A stretch of 64,000 nt of DNA from Eledone cirrhosa (GCA_964016885.1 OZ024743.1:263810001-263874000), one strand, 5' to 3'. Counted from the first letter of the stretch, positions 38,429 to 52,709 are shown. Numbers and translations: made by a program. The notes: a model not told the origin generated them from the sequence alone.

Positions 38429-41400
38429 CGTTAGACCTCTTCACACCCGTATATTAAAGAACATCTCAATACACGCGCATCCACTTTCCTGAAATGCTTA
38501 GGCAAATGAAAAAACAACAACAAAGATAACAGTTACTGTTGAAGTTAGAGAGAAGAAAATAGGCAGAATTAGAATCAGAGAAGGAATACATATAGCTAGG
38601 CTTAACCCACGAATCCACAACAGATTAGAACCCAGCACACAATAATTAACATAAAAGCGCACACACGTAACTTCTGACAAAATATTCTATTCACAATCGG
38701 TAAGGCAAGCACCAAAATAGCAAACTAATATTCACCAAGCACATAACAGCTATATCGATAATTCCAGTGATATCTCCAGTATGAGTTCCCATGCGTGCGA
38801 TTCTCCCAGACAACACATCTCCCTGAACTAGGTATTCTAACATACACAATGCAACATAAATTACAGATAATACGGACATAAGAACATAGAAAATTATTAT
38901 GGAATATTATATAAAAACAGAAAACACCAGAGGATAGAAGCACCAATTGAATAGCAAACTTCAAAACTCACTTGTTAGAGACAGTCGAATGAATTCACAA
39001 CACTGGGTTTTGAAACCAAATGTGAAAATCCAAAGATAATTAATCTCTCGAAAAGAAACATTTCAATACAACAGATTCTCTCAAAAGACTTAACATTCAC
39101 TACAACACTGCCACGCCGGTGAAATACAAAGCGATACCTAACACTTCCCTAGAAAGGACAAACACCCCAAAAGAATAATTTGATGAATCAAATGTACGAA
39201 ATAAAAGTAGTTACTGCGCAATAAAATATAGTAATGGCATATTAGAAATATATTTTGATTTTATATCATTCTTTCACTACTATGGACCATGGCCTAAACA
39301 CATGGACTATTCCACTTCTATAAATATACAAAGCCCCCAAGCAAGGAGAGCAGAGGACCAGGAGAGCAAATTGTGCAAGGAGAGGAAAGTGAGAAAGGTG
39401 AGCAAGACAATCAAAGAGAGCAAGAAGAGCAAGGAGTGCAGAGATGAAGGAGAGCAAGGAGAACAAGGAGAGCAAGGGAAACAAGAGGTGCAAGGAGAAG
39501 AAGGAGAGCGTAAGAAAAGGAGGAACGTGAGGAAATAGGGGTGAAGTGGATGAAAGAGGGGTAAGGAGGAACATGGAGATAAAGAGGAAAGAGAACAAGA
39601 AGATGAAGGATAGCAGATTGAGGAGAGAAAGCAAGGACAGCAAGAAGAGCAGATATCAAGCAGAGCAAATAAATCAAGGAGAACAAGGAGATCAAGGAGT
39701 TCAAAGAGAGCAGGGAGAGAAAGGAACGGAAATATAGCAAGGAGAGCAAGCAATGCAAGGAGAGATCGAAGTGGAGAAAACAGGGGTAAAGAGTGTAAAG
39801 GGCGAAAGACTGGAAAGGAACAACATTTGGGGATAAAGGGGGAAAAGTGGTGACGGAAAGTGTGTAGACTGAGGAAAGAGAGGAAAGCGGGGAGTGTGGA
39901 AGGAGAGGTGTGTGAGGAAATGAAGGAAAGGAGGAAAATGAGGAAACGGTGGAAATAGGAGAAAAGCAGGAAGTTGGGGAAAGGCAGGTAATGCAGGAAT
40001 GCGTGAAAGGTGAGAAAGACAAAGAAGGTGAGGAAGGAGGGAAGAAAAGGAGAAGGAGAAGAAGAAAGAGGAGAAAGGAAGAGAGCGGAAGTGAGACGGT
40101 GAAAGACGGGCATAGTGGGTGTAAGAGAGCAAAGAGTAAAGTGTGGACAAGGCGAGCAAGAACAAGGAGAGCAAGTAGGGCTACGAAAATAAGGAGGACA
40201 ATGATATTAAAGAAAGCAAAAAGAGCAAGGAAAGCACAGAAAGTAAGAAGCGCAAGGGGAGCAAGGAGTGCAAGGGTAGAAAAGACAGCAAAGAGAGCAA
40301 ATGGAGCAAGTTGAGCTTGGAGAGCAAACAACGAGAGCAAAGAAACAATACGAGGAGAACAATAAAAAACAGCAATTAGAGCAGAGAGAACAAGGAGAGC
40401 AAGGAGAGCAAGTCGAACTTGGAAAACAAACCACAGGAACAAAGAGAAAAACGGGATCAAAGTGGAAGGAGAGCAAGGAGAGTAAATGTGCAAGGAGAGC
40501 AATAAGAACAAGGGGGAAGGGAAGCAAGGATAGCAATCAGAACAAGGAGAGAAAAAAGGACAATAAGTATGAGGAGAGTAAAGAGAGCAAGGAGAGAAAA
40601 AGAGCAAGGACATGAAAGAGGAGGAGAGTAATGATCAAGGTGGGCAAGATGAGCAAAGACAACAAAGAGATCAAGTACAGCAAGGAAAGAAAGGAGACTA
40701 TAGAGAACAGAGATATTAAGGAGAGCACAGAAAGACATGAGAGCAAAAGGAGTGAACAAGGTAAGAAGGCATGGAGCGAAAGGGATGAAAAGGAAGCAAC
40801 GGACACAAGAAGGGGATGAAGGGGAATTGGGAGATGTAAAGTGGGGGAAATAAGGGGAAAGGTGGGGAAAGAAGAGAAAAGGAGGAGATGGAGATTAAGT
40901 AGAGTGAAGAAGGGAAACAGAGTGAATAGAGTGATGAACTGGAGGATAGGGCGAGTGTGGAAGGGGTGGAGAGGATTGAATGGGTGGAAGGTTAGAGGAG
41001 TTCAGAAGCAGAGGAAGGTGAAGAGAACGAGAAAGAAAATCGGGAAGTTGAGGATAGGCAAGAAATATAGGAATGGGAGAAAGGCTAGAAAGGTGAGGGC
41101 GGTGAAGAAGAAAGGGGGTGAAAAAGGGGAAAGATTGGTCCTTGCGCTCCATGCTTTCTCCTTCTGTTTCCATTTCTTCCCCCTCTTCCTATCTTCCCTC
41201 TTCCTCTCTCCCCCCTCTTCCTCTATTCCTCCTCTTCTACTCTTTCTTCCTTTACTGCCCTTCACTACCTCTTCGTCCACTCCTTCCTCTCCTTCCTTTC
41301 CTTCCACCTCTTACTCACTCCCTGTTTCCCCCTCTTTTCCCTCTTTCCCTATATTTCGCCCTCGTGCCCAACCATTTTCTCCTCTCTTCCTTACATTTGG

Positions 41401-43374
41401 AGAATGAGCAAAGGAGGGAAAAGCCAATGAGGAAGGGAAGCGGATGGGGGTGGGGAGGAGATGCAAGAACGAGGAAAAAGTCAGGAAATGGAGGGAGAGT
41501 TATGAGAAGAAGGAGAGGAAGGAGGGAAGCTAGGAAGACAGGAAAGTGAGGAAGGAGATGAATTAGAGCAAGTTTAGGGACACAACGAAGAGGAATGAAG
41601 GGTAAAAGAGGGAGTATCAGTATGAAGGGGAGTTAGAAAGTGGAAAAAATTCAGGAAGAAAGAAGCGGAAAGAGAGGGGAAGTAGGAAAGAGAGATGGAA
41701 AAAAAGGTGAAGCGATGTGGAAAGAGGGGGAAAGTGGGAAAGTGGAAAGAAAGGTGAAGAGAGGGGAAAGAATGGGAAATGAGAAGGAGGAACGAGGGGA
41801 GACGTAGAGTCAGGAGACTGAGAGTGGGGAAGGGGAGACCAGTTAGGAAGGGGTGTAAGTGGAGAAAGGGGAGGAAAGGAAAGAAGCGGAGGAAGGAGAT
41901 GTAGTAGTGGAAGGAGAGATATGAGAGGAAGGTTAGGTAGGAAATGAATGATAGTATGAGAGAATGTAGAGAAAGGAGAGGAGATATTAAGATCAGAGAC
42001 GCGAAGAAGGTGAAAGAGATGAGGGGGGATGTTGAGGCGGTAGAGGATAGGTAGAAGAGAATGAAGAGGAGAAAGAGTAGAAAGTGTAATAAGGAGCGGA
42101 AGGGAAGGAAGAGGTGAAGGTGGGGAAGACAAAGAAGTGAGGAAATCAAGGAAGAGAGGAGGGAAGGTAGGCAGGGGAAGAAAGTTACGAAAGGCAGTAA
42201 GGTGAGGAAATGGTGTAAAATGAAGAAAGTAAGGAAGAGTAAAAATTGGAGGAAATGTAAGAAGGGGAGGAAGGAGAGGAACTGAAGTAACAAGAGGAAC
42301 AAAAACAAAGCAAAAACATAGACACTATGTGGTGTAGTAAGGCTATATAAGGAGATCCCGCGTACAATATGGATGAGAAAACAATTCCAGACAAGATGGA
42401 AAACAATTTCATTACTGAATAAATAAAATGTATACAAGAAAATATTTGTTTTTATTTCGATGGCAGCATTTACAGTCAAATATTTGAGCCTGCAATGAGT
42501 ACAAAAGTTGCTCAAACAACAATTTAATCACATGAGTTTATGAAAACATATGAACAATCCAGGTTTGACCTTCCATAAATAATTACCAAACAACTGGAAA
42601 CTTGACTAACTTAATCATTTCAAACTCTAATTATAACAAACAACAATATCCATTTCACAATGGAATACAGCGAAAATCAACTACTATTCCTAAACATTTG
42701 AATATTAAAACAATACACAAGCATTGGAACCGATATCACTATAAGCCAACTGACTCTAAACAATACTTGCTATTTACTTCAAACCAGCCAAAGTATACAG
42801 GAACAAATATATCTTTCAATCTAGCAGGAAGAATGTGCACTATTGTTTCGAATTATGAAACTGGATAAATGACAAGAAGAAATAAAACGAATACTAACCG
42901 AAAGACAATATTCGCCAGAATAGAACATGCTAAACAATGGGAATTCAAGAACTACGAAGGACAAAAACAAAACTTCATATATACCAAACACTGCTCTATG
43001 TAACAATACACAGAACAAGATATCCACACGTATGCGACATAACAGACCAGAACATTACACTATAGTAGCAAGATTCGAGACTTGAAAAAAAACGCACGAA
43101 ATACAGAGGGAAAACTCGCAGACCTTGAGTTTGCTGACAATTTGGAGCATGAGCAAGATGCATAACAACACCAGCTAAAACTCTCAATCAGCGGTGAAAA
43201 GACCAAAGTGCTATTATTGGGGAGGCACAGGACCGGTTAGCCTTGCTGGCGTGCCAGACACTGGATACCGTTAACCGCGAACGCGATTTCACCTACATCA
43301 ATACACACTCTGCATCTCTCCATACATTGAGTACTCCCATGATTTGTGGTCCCTTCGGTCTCAGCATCGTAAAT

Positions 43375-43378
<4 letters not shown>
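38424..43378 (+). mobile_element. Old Neptune-like PLE relic interrupted by a 3-kb purine-rich block
   Basis: N-terminal motif IINLSKRNISIQQILSKDLTF at ~39030, thumb motif YKPTDSKQYLLFTSNQP..NISFNLAGRMCTI at ~42740, and TTGAGTAC 45 nt before the terminal microsatellite. Confidence 0.55.
39330..42310. repeat. Degenerate purine-rich minisatellite (GGAGAGCAA / GAGGAAAG-like units) with an inverted pyrimidine segment at ~41135-41398
   Basis: Extreme A+G strand bias and recurring gagcaagga 9-mers. Stops occur in all plus frames. Confidence 0.8.
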
Positions 43379-43455
<77 letters not shown>

Positions 43456-43457
<2 letters not shown>

Positions 43458-43708
43458 AGGAAGTGTACGTGAAGTTACTGTGGGTTCACCGAAGTGAGCA
43501 TTAGTTTCACGTCAGTAGTTCGATCTGTATCGATCTAGCCCGAATCATTCTGTCATTACAACTGTAGAGGTCCGACGAGATTTTGATTCGGGCCAGACCA
43601 GAAAGTCGGGCCAGATCGATACAGATCGAACTTTGAGCTGATCAATAGCGAAACGCGCGTCATCAATCAATAAACGTAATGAAGGCTTAACAAATCGTTT
43701 TTTAATTA
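43456..43708. mobile_element. (TA)n-flanked mini-element with an internal 27-bp inverted repeat
   Basis: agttcgatctgtatcgatctagcccga (~43517-43543) is inverted at ~43606-43632, followed by an HHR-like 3' half GCT..AGC-GAAA-CGCGCG-TC. Confidence 0.6.
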
Positions 43709-43710
43709 TG

Positions 43711-43779
<69 letters not shown>

Positions 43780-43781
<2 letters not shown>

Positions 43782-43965
43782 CGAAGGAAATGTGGTAAGG
43801 AACCAGGTGGACCATAACGCACCAAAGTACTCAATACTTGAGGTAGTAGAGTGGGTAATAGGAACCAGTAAGACCCCGACAGCTGAGCTCAAGCCGTTTC
43901 GACGGCTAATTCTCAGAATTAGCCGTCGAAACGGCTTGGGCTCAGCTGTCGGGGTCTTACTGGTT

Positions 43966-43970
<5 letters not shown>
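43780..43970 (-). mobile_element. Mini fold-back PLE terminus (56-bp arms, 1-nt loop)
   Basis: Arms 43858-43913 and 43915-43970 have one mismatch. ~78-nt tail. (TA)n flanks. Confidence 0.9.
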
Positions 43971-44053
<83 letters not shown>

Positions 44054-44865
44054 TTATTTATAACTGCCCCTGTATAATGGTAATTTGTATTCCTAGCTCG
44101 GTAATTTTAATATAAAAGGCGGTTTTCATTTATGATTGAAGTTTAATTTCAATTCATTAATAATGTTTTGTGGGGGAAAACAACTTAAAAAGAAAAAAAA
44201 TGCCTTCCACTATGATACTGAAATGTACTTCGTTCTTTTTTCTAAATACAACGAATTTGCTTCTAGCCATTGATGTTGCATTGAATGAACAGACATTTTA
44301 CAGGTGATATCAATCATCGCTGTGTGATCTAACAACAAATTGCTGTTAAATTCCTGCTTACAGCGATCGATGGTGAATTAAATTCCATACTTGGTTGGAG
44401 AAAATATGCAAAAATAATACACTGGTGTCCGAATTATTGACTACATTTCTATCTTTATATCTTTATATTTTCTGTTGATAAGTAATTCGTACACTCGCAA
44501 TGTTAAATATGGAATTAGTAAACAATTGAGCGCAAACGTAAATGAATTAAGTCACATGCAAATATGGAAATATGAGATTATATTTCATGAAGGAAAGCTT
44601 AAAAAGCAATTTGTTTTCTTTGTTAGCTTAAGAGAAGATGAATTTGTTAAAAGTCATCTCTAAAAAAAATGTAATAAAAAAGGAAAGACGCTATAATAGA
44701 AATGGAAAAATAAAGCATGTCGAATCAAATATCCTCTGTGCTTTGAGACACATCATATGGTAATTTATTTACGGTAACTTTCAGTCATACAAAATTCTAC
44801 ATTTTCTAGATATTTTAGATTGCTATCATAGTACATTGCGTTTAGCCGCTAATACATACATACAT

Positions 44866-45298
44866 GACTGATGAGAAATCTGCAGATACTCCACCCTGAT
44901 TATACCTTCATATTTATGCCTGTGATTATTAGGGTACTGGGGTATGTTAGTAACTGCCTCAATACAAATCTTGAGAAGCTAGGCTTCACAGGAACAGAAA
45001 GAACACAACTAGTTAGGAAGTTACAAGTACAATCAAGTACAGTAAAAATATGTAAGACATTCCAAAAATGTTACGTCTAATAACTGCATATACACATGTA
45101 CAGATTCAAAGCATATACACTTGCACACATTCAACTCAAAACATACACATCCATACATACAATAACATCCATATCTACACATGCATACATATCTACCTAG
45201 TTGATGTTGCGTAAATTCCAATGAGAGAGTCTTGTATCTATGGTAGAAACCGTCTCTCTCTATTGGTAAAAATTTGTCAAATTATAAAACCAGAAGAA
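44866..45298 (+). mobile_element. 3' fragment of the R4/Dong-like element
   Basis: MRNLQILHPDYTF..PVII matches the 6692-7318 ORF. It ends aaaaccagaagaa(CATA)n and has CATA repeats on both sides. Confidence 0.9.
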
Positions 45299-45329
45299 CA
45301 TACATACATACATTTATACATACATACAT

Positions 45330-47122
45330 GATGGCTGACCCCTCGTTATTGAGTATGGCCATTGCACGAAAAAAACAAAAGAACAACAACATAATAATAA
45401 CAATAACGACAATAATAATAAAAAAAATAAAAAGAATTATATATATATACATATAACACACACACACACACACAATTACAATTAACGGTGCTGCGATCGA
45501 ATGTGGCTTTTTAGCCCAGCCAATGATCTAAGATGTCTTGCACAGAGTTGGCAACCAAAACATTCATTGGGAATAGCCGGCTGTGGTTGGAGTTCATGTA
45601 CTTTTGCATGTCGTTTGAGCCCTCCTGCTGATCTCCACTCTCTTCCACATGCTTGGCAGGCATGATGAGTAGCATCTCCAACAGCAGCCTGGTAATCAAC
45701 TACTAGTCTCACTTTATGATTGCGAAGATGACTTTTGAGTCCAGCTTTGCTGAGGTAGAGTCTCGCACAGACGCTGCATGTCAGCGCCATAGGAGGATCT
45801 TCGCTGTCTGGAAATGCAACAGCAATGCCCTTCCTCACACCCCTTTTTACATTCTCGTATGCAATTCAAAATGCCTTAAAGGCAACTTTCCCCCCCATGT
45901 GCCGTCTTTCTCCATCTATTACGATCAGCAGCTACGCCTTCCCATGTATCAGCCGAGATGTTAGCGTCTTCCAAAGAGGCTTTCAACGAATCCTTATACC
46001 TCTTTTTTGGTTTATGTTGAGGTCGTTTTCCTTTAACTAACTCTCCATATAAGAGTTGTTTCGGTATTGTAGAATCCTTCATCCTGGCAAGGTGACCATT
46101 CCATCGGAGTCTTTGCTTAAGCACAAGAGCTTCTATACTGTCTCACAGAAAACTTTCCAAAATCTCGACATCACTGATGTGGTCCCTCCAGTGAACGCCA
46201 TGGATCCGTCTGAGACACATCTGATGGAAACGCTCCAATTGCTTAAGTTGGTGTCGATATGTGACCCAGGTCTCGCAGGCTTAAAAAAGAGAAGAGAGTA
46301 CACATACCTTGTACACCTTTACCTCTTTCTTCTTGCATATGTCTCGCCGATCCCAGAGGCACCTTTCTAGCTTTCCGAAAGCATCACTTGCTTTCCTAAT
46401 CCTGAGTGGAATTTCATTATCAAGATTGGTGTATCGATGGGCAGTGCTTTCCAGGGAGACAAACTGATCAACCACTCCAAGTCGTTTACCATACACATAG
46501 AAATTTGGCTCACTGTATTGCTTACCAGGGGCAGGTTGGTACATGACGACGGTTTTCTTGAGACTGACAGTCAATCCTAGGGCAGTGCAAGCATCAGAAA
46601 ATGCATTCAAAATGTGCTGCAAATCACTCTCTGTGTATGCTACAAGATCACTATCATATGCATACAAGAGGTCTCTTATGATTGATGTAAATATTTTTGT
46701 TTTTTGAAGCAAAGCGCCTGATGTTAAATATGCTGCCTGAGGTTCGATATCGGATGTAAACACCATCCTGGCAATTCCTGAATGCAATATAGAAAACCAT
46801 TGCAAAATATATGGCAAAAAGGGTCGGTGCTGGAATATCCCCTGTTTCACTCCATTTTTTTTACTGAGATAGGCTCCGACGTTACCTCTGACATTAACCC
46901 AAGCCTTCATGTCGTCATGGAAAGACCTAACCAAAACAAGGAACTTATCAGGGCAACCGAGTTTCGGGAGAACCTTCCACAATGCATTTCTGTTAACAGT
47001 ATCGAAAGCTTTTGTCAGATCGACAAAAACCTGATACAGATCCAAACCTCGTTCCATGCACTTCTTCTGGAACTTTCTAGCTGAGAAGATCATATCAGTA
47101 GTGAAGCGTCCAGCACAGAAAC
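45330..47122 (-). mobile_element. 5'-truncated RTE-type LINE with three C-terminal C2H2 fingers
   Basis: FVDLTKAFDTV, GVKQG, LLYAYD, RLRWNGH..RM, PKQLLYGEL. ORF 45482-45838 has 3 CxxC..H..H fingers. (TATG)n tail. Confidence 0.9.
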
Positions 47123-47137
47123 GATACATACATACAT

Positions 47138-50100
47138 AGCCAGTCAACGTGATCAGTCGCACATTTTGGCGTAGGAGACTATTCATTAAATTTAAGAGGA
47201 ATACTATCTCCGACACTAATGACACAACAGCCAGTCGTGTTGAATAACTGGGTATTCTTCTAATTATATCCACTAAAGACACCTTTTCTCAGAAATCATA
47301 GAGATATCCGACTAAATACATAATTCATTTTACAATAATTTGCTACAAACAGCATGGATGGACACAGCATCAACAATAAACATTTACTGAACACAAGGAA
47401 CGAAAGCAGTTTACTGAAGTAAACCAATGAGAAAGGTAAACAAAATTTATTCAGTTCTAGCTACAGAAAAAACCGAAATAATATATCGCATTTCTTTTGA
47501 AGTTGCGAACTTAATGATGATTTATTTAATTGTTATAAAATGGCGAAAAATAATCCCCTTCGTTGCCTATATGAACAGAATGAAGCTACACTGAGACGAA
47601 ATAATCCAGAGCTAAATCACTTCACATCCAAACAATTACGCCAACAAGCGACGTTTGCTGAACATAAAAATAAGATAAATATTATTAATTGTAAGTTCCC
47701 CGGAACAAACATGGAATTAACAACACGTGCTACAGGTCGCCATGCTATTAGGCTTCCTAGCAGCCAGGCCGAACAGTGCCTTGAAACAAATATGCCCGTC
47801 AGAAATGTGATACCACGTGTACCATCTGAGTCTACCTCGACTGTTTTGGAAAACACTATCGATAATAATAATCAAAAGTATAAACAATTGAAATTTTCTC
47901 TCAACGAAATATTCCAGAGAGAAATTAATTCATGTATATACATTTCTCTTGCTGAACGTATTAAAACAACAATACTAAATAAAATAAAACCAAATAATGA
48001 AATCTTATGTGCTATTGACGAAATAGAGGACGAATATTTACGACGAATTAAACCCCCCACATTTTGGCAAATTAACGCCTGTTTATATACCCTAGCAACG
48101 ACAGTGAAGCATTATCTTGGTGATAGCAGAGGAATAAACAAAAACAAAACATCACGAAAATGCCATCATATATAACTAAAATAGAAAAAGGATTGCTGAT
48201 CTACGTAAAACTATAGGATATGTGACAATGCTCCTTATATGCAAACAAAAACAGAAAATAAAACTTCACTCCTCACCAACAAAGAGTGAAAAATAAAATA
48301 GAAACTTTGTTTGGTGACAGTACAACCACAACTCTTCTATATAAGCTGATCACCCTCAAACAAGAATTGAGAGCTGTCAGTGAGAAACGCCAATACCCGA
48401 AGAGAGTAGATGAAATAAAAGTACTTAATAAAAGATTCAGACGAAACCAAACATCAGACTATAGAGATATGAAGGCCAAAGTAATAAATATCACTTAGGC
48501 CCCATCACAGAAAGAAAATAGATTCCTTCTGGAGAAAAATATGGGGTGAAAAGAAGAATTTCAACCAAGATGCAGTGTGGCTAAAAGAAATCCAAAAATA
48601 ACTATTGCTCCTACACTACAACAAAAACATACGAAATAAATGAGGATACCCTTGAGACTGTGATAGGAAAACTCCAAGATAAGAAAACACCAGAAAGAGA
48701 CATGGTTGCCGGCTACTGGTACAAAAAACTGATATTCTATCGGATGTATCTTATCGACCTCTACCAGCAAGTTCTCAAGGGAGATACACATATACCAGAA
48801 TGGTTGACATTAGCACAAACAATACTGGTCCCCAAGAACAAAGACACCCACTTGGCAAAAGACTACCGACCCATTGAACGCCAGAACCGGATGTATATGT
48901 TGTATACAGCCTACCTGAACCAATTTCTCCAAGATCACTGTGAAAATAACAACATCATCAAAGATGAAGAAGCAGCTGGAAAGAAAGATATTTCGGGGTG
49001 TGCTGAACAACTCCTAATTATCAAAACTGCGATGTCAGAGGAAAATGGCTACAGTCTGGCTGGACTACAGGAAAGCTTTTGATTCTGTTTCTCACTCATG
49101 GATGATAGAGGCCCTCCGACTTGCTAAAGTTCCAGACATTATTATCAGAGCCATAGAGAAGCTGTCTTCTTCTTGGGCTACTATACTAAAGTTAAAAACA
49201 GAGAAGGAGGACTATTTTCACTGATAAAATAGAATATCATAGCGGTATATTTCAAGGAGACATCTCTCTGTGCTACTATTTATCCTGCCATTATACACCC
49301 TGTCCTTTCTGCTCAAGAAATGTAAAGGATACATCATTAGGTCACATGAGGACAGAAACACGAACTTAATCCATAATTTTTTTGTGGATGACCTGAAACT
49401 CTATGCCAAGAACATAAATGGGATGAAGAAAAATCTTGACCTGCTTGCAACATTCTCAAAGGATATAGGAATGGAGTTTGGCCAAGATATTCATATAAAG
49501 CGGGGAAAAAATACAACTCAATCTAAGAACATTTTTAACAAGGACTGCTACAAATACCTCGGGATAGATGAGAATATATCATATAACGGTATTTTTAATA
49601 AAGAACGCGTAACCAGGGAATATTACACCCGATTAAGAAAAATATGTTCATCGGAACTCACTGCGCACAATAAAACAATGGCTAACAATGTGTTTGATGT
49701 GCCTGTACTAACAGCAACGTTGGGAATTTTCCATTGGATGATAGACGAAATTCGAGCAATTGATGTTAAAACTCGAAAGATTCTTAACAACACAGGAAAC
49801 TTCCACATCAACAATGATATAGACCGCCACTACTTGAAACGTAAGCAGGGAGGCAGAGGCCTAACATCAGTCCAGACAGCATTTGAGTGTCGTATCATAT
49901 CCCTCCGACAACATTTATGAAACTCGAAGGTTAGGAGCCCATCTATTGAGCAAGTCTATCTGCATGAGACAAATAAGATCATGAGATTTGGAAAGGAACT
50001 TCTTGAAAGATACTCCTTGTATGATAATCAAAACCTCACACCCAGGGAAATTGCCCAGCAGTATCGCAGTGAATCCATGGATGAAAAACTGCATGCTTAT

Positions 50101-50258
50101 CAACAAAATATCATGCATAGATATGTTGCCAGCTAGCTCCGGAGTGAGATTATTATAGATAAGCAAAGTAGTCTATATTGGACCAACAACCGCTATATTG
50201 GCTCTCACTTTGAAGGATATGCTTTTGCAATCCAAGAACAGGAAATCAACAGGAAAGC
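47138..50258 (+). mobile_element. R4/Dong-like element, 5' part through RT, degenerate and 3'-truncated
   Basis: YWYKKL, DYRPI, GCAEQLLI, WLDYRKAFDSVSH, GIFQGD, FFVDDLKLYA, YKYLGI. 49540-50250 matches the reverse complement of 7355-8045. It starts after (ATAC)n. Confidence 0.88.
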
Positions 50259-51566
50259 GTGATAAGCAGACATTCCAGGCACGAGCAAAATTTTGTTAAA
50301 GACAAAGGAGCTAACAAATCACAAAAAACTAACAAATCACAAACTCATTACCATCAAGAGAGCCAACTGAGTGAAAAAGGTTGTTGTTTACACCATTTTA
50401 AAGTCTACACCCCACAATGTGGGATAGTAGACGCATCAGCAATACTACCAGGATAAACAGTCGTTCTCTCGATACTCCTCTTTCCCTTAGACGGTTTTCA
50501 GTAGAGATTCCAAACAGCTGAATCTTTTTTTACACTACATGTTTTCTCAGGTTTTTGCACATAAAATATCATATCAAGGTAGTACATACAGAGGTTCTCT
50601 TGTTGGGATGAAATTTTCTGGAAGTAGGAAAAAAAAAAAATAATCATTTCGATTTAAATTCAGAAAATTATAATGTGAGAATATGTATGTAGAAGAATGT
50701 GTGTATATTTTGTTGTTTTACGGTAAGCAAACAAAGTACATCCTGTTCTCTGGCAGGTTCTTTTGTTGACTTCATAGCTAAGGAAACACATGTCATCATG
50801 AATCCTCGAACTGCCTCACCTATCATTTAAATTTGGATGGAGATGACACTCCTGAAGAACAAGCCTGGCGAGATGGACTGTCTGTTTCACTTTACCTACC
50901 CCCGGCAGAATCTGGGTAAAATTATTCACCATTTTGCAACACCAAGACAATAAAACATTAGCATGATACACATGCTATGATTTATTAAAGTTTTGTATAT
51001 ATGTAAGTTAAATGAAGCTCATTAACATACCTCTGCTTTGCCAGAATCTTCTTTTTCCTAATTATTCTCTAAATGCATTATTTGAAGATGCTTTTTTTAA
51101 ATGAAATGTTAACATTATTATTTTCTTCAGAATGCTAATACGGAAATATTCCACTGTAATAAACAATACATTTTAAACACGAATGCAAATCAATTTAGTT
51201 ACTGAATAACCTATTTAGAAAAACTTCGGTAAAAAAAGTAGAAAAAACAAAACAAAACAAAAAAACAAACAGAATATAAATAGATGGCAAAAGAATGCAA
51301 AAACGTATTAAAGTGAAAGATGGGAAAACGTATTTAGTTTTAAATCGGTATGATACTAAAATATTTCTAGGTTATTTTCACCGTCAGTATTTCTATCTGA
51401 TTAAGAACTGATTTATTTCGATTGTGACAACCACCGATTACAGTTGTCCAACGTTTGCAATTTTGAACGTTATCCATATTGAATTGCTTGAGAGCTGAGG
51501 CTTATATGACTTTGCATTAAATTTAATCATCTTTTCGGAGGACTTATTCCAACGATCGATTTTAAA

Positions 51567-51643
<77 letters not shown>

Positions 51644-51652
51644 TTAGTAGTA
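51567..51652. repeat. (CTA)n microsatellite
   Basis: Long uninterrupted tactactac run. Confidence 0.95.
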
Positions 51653-52709
51653 GTTTCTTTTCGTAATTTGTTTTGTTTTGTTTTTATTATTATTATTTTT
51701 AGCTTTCTCAACAATTCCAATGTCCGTCACTTTTTCTTCCTCTTCTGCTTATCTTCTCATTCATTCTCAATCCCCACCTCCACATATCTAGCAATAATAG
51801 AAACACATTGTTTGTCCATGTCTTTTGGCGGCAAGCTTTCATCGGTAAGTGTTCGTGTTGTGCAAATACAATCTTTTTGAAGGACACCCATCCTATAGCC
51901 CAATGTTTCTGCTGCAGTGTGTACTCTATCTATTTCATGCCACCTACGTATAAAAATGTATATTTTTGACAGATATAGACAGCTAGAAAGATACTATAGG
52001 CTGTATTTCACGCGAAGTGATTTATATCACCATTTGCCTTATCACTCTGACATTCGAGGCTTCTCATGTTTCCTTTGTTCCAAATGTAATGATAACGTCT
52101 TATTATATAAAGGGATTTGAATAAATGAATATAAAATCTATGTTACTTTACTGAAGAGTAACAACTTTAGAGACAGTTGAAGATGTTACCTTGAGATCAT
52201 GTTTAGATGAAGAATTACTATATATACTTCATAATGTTCATATTTTATCTATTTCAGTTGTTTAAAATTAATTATTAATAGTATTTAGATTTATGTTTGG
52301 TATTGAAAACGCTAAACGTGTTTGGAAGCCGATCGACGAGAAGGCCAAGAACGACGAACACATCTAGGTGTATATAATATAAAGAAAACACTTCTCCTGG
52401 AGAAAAGCAGTTCATTTTACAAGAAAAGTAATATATTTTCTAGAAAACTCGAGGTTTCGTGAACACTAGGAAGTTGTTAATAACATCAGGTTTTCAGAAC
52501 CTGAAATCAATCTTTTGTTTCACAAATAAACCAATGTATACAAACGTTGCAGGTGAAGCAAAATGATGCGATAAATGCCCCATGGAACGGTAATCGAGTC
52601 GTACACGTACAACATATATCTGACGATGGGGTCTAAAATACTTGAAATTGTGAGCATATAAAAATTAGTGTCTGACGTATGTATAATCATGAGTGAGATA
52701 ATAGATAAT

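Noticed and set aside
39266-42515. Long Leu/Phe/Ser-rich minus-strand ORFs and collagen-like GEQ repeats
   Set aside because: The pyrimidine strand lacks stop codons by composition. The plus-strand Gly-X-Y frame is short, lacks proline and is broken by stops.
47138-47540. HDV-like ribozyme in the R4-like 5'UTR
   Set aside because: It is expected by analogy, but I could not trace a nested double pseudoknot by eye.
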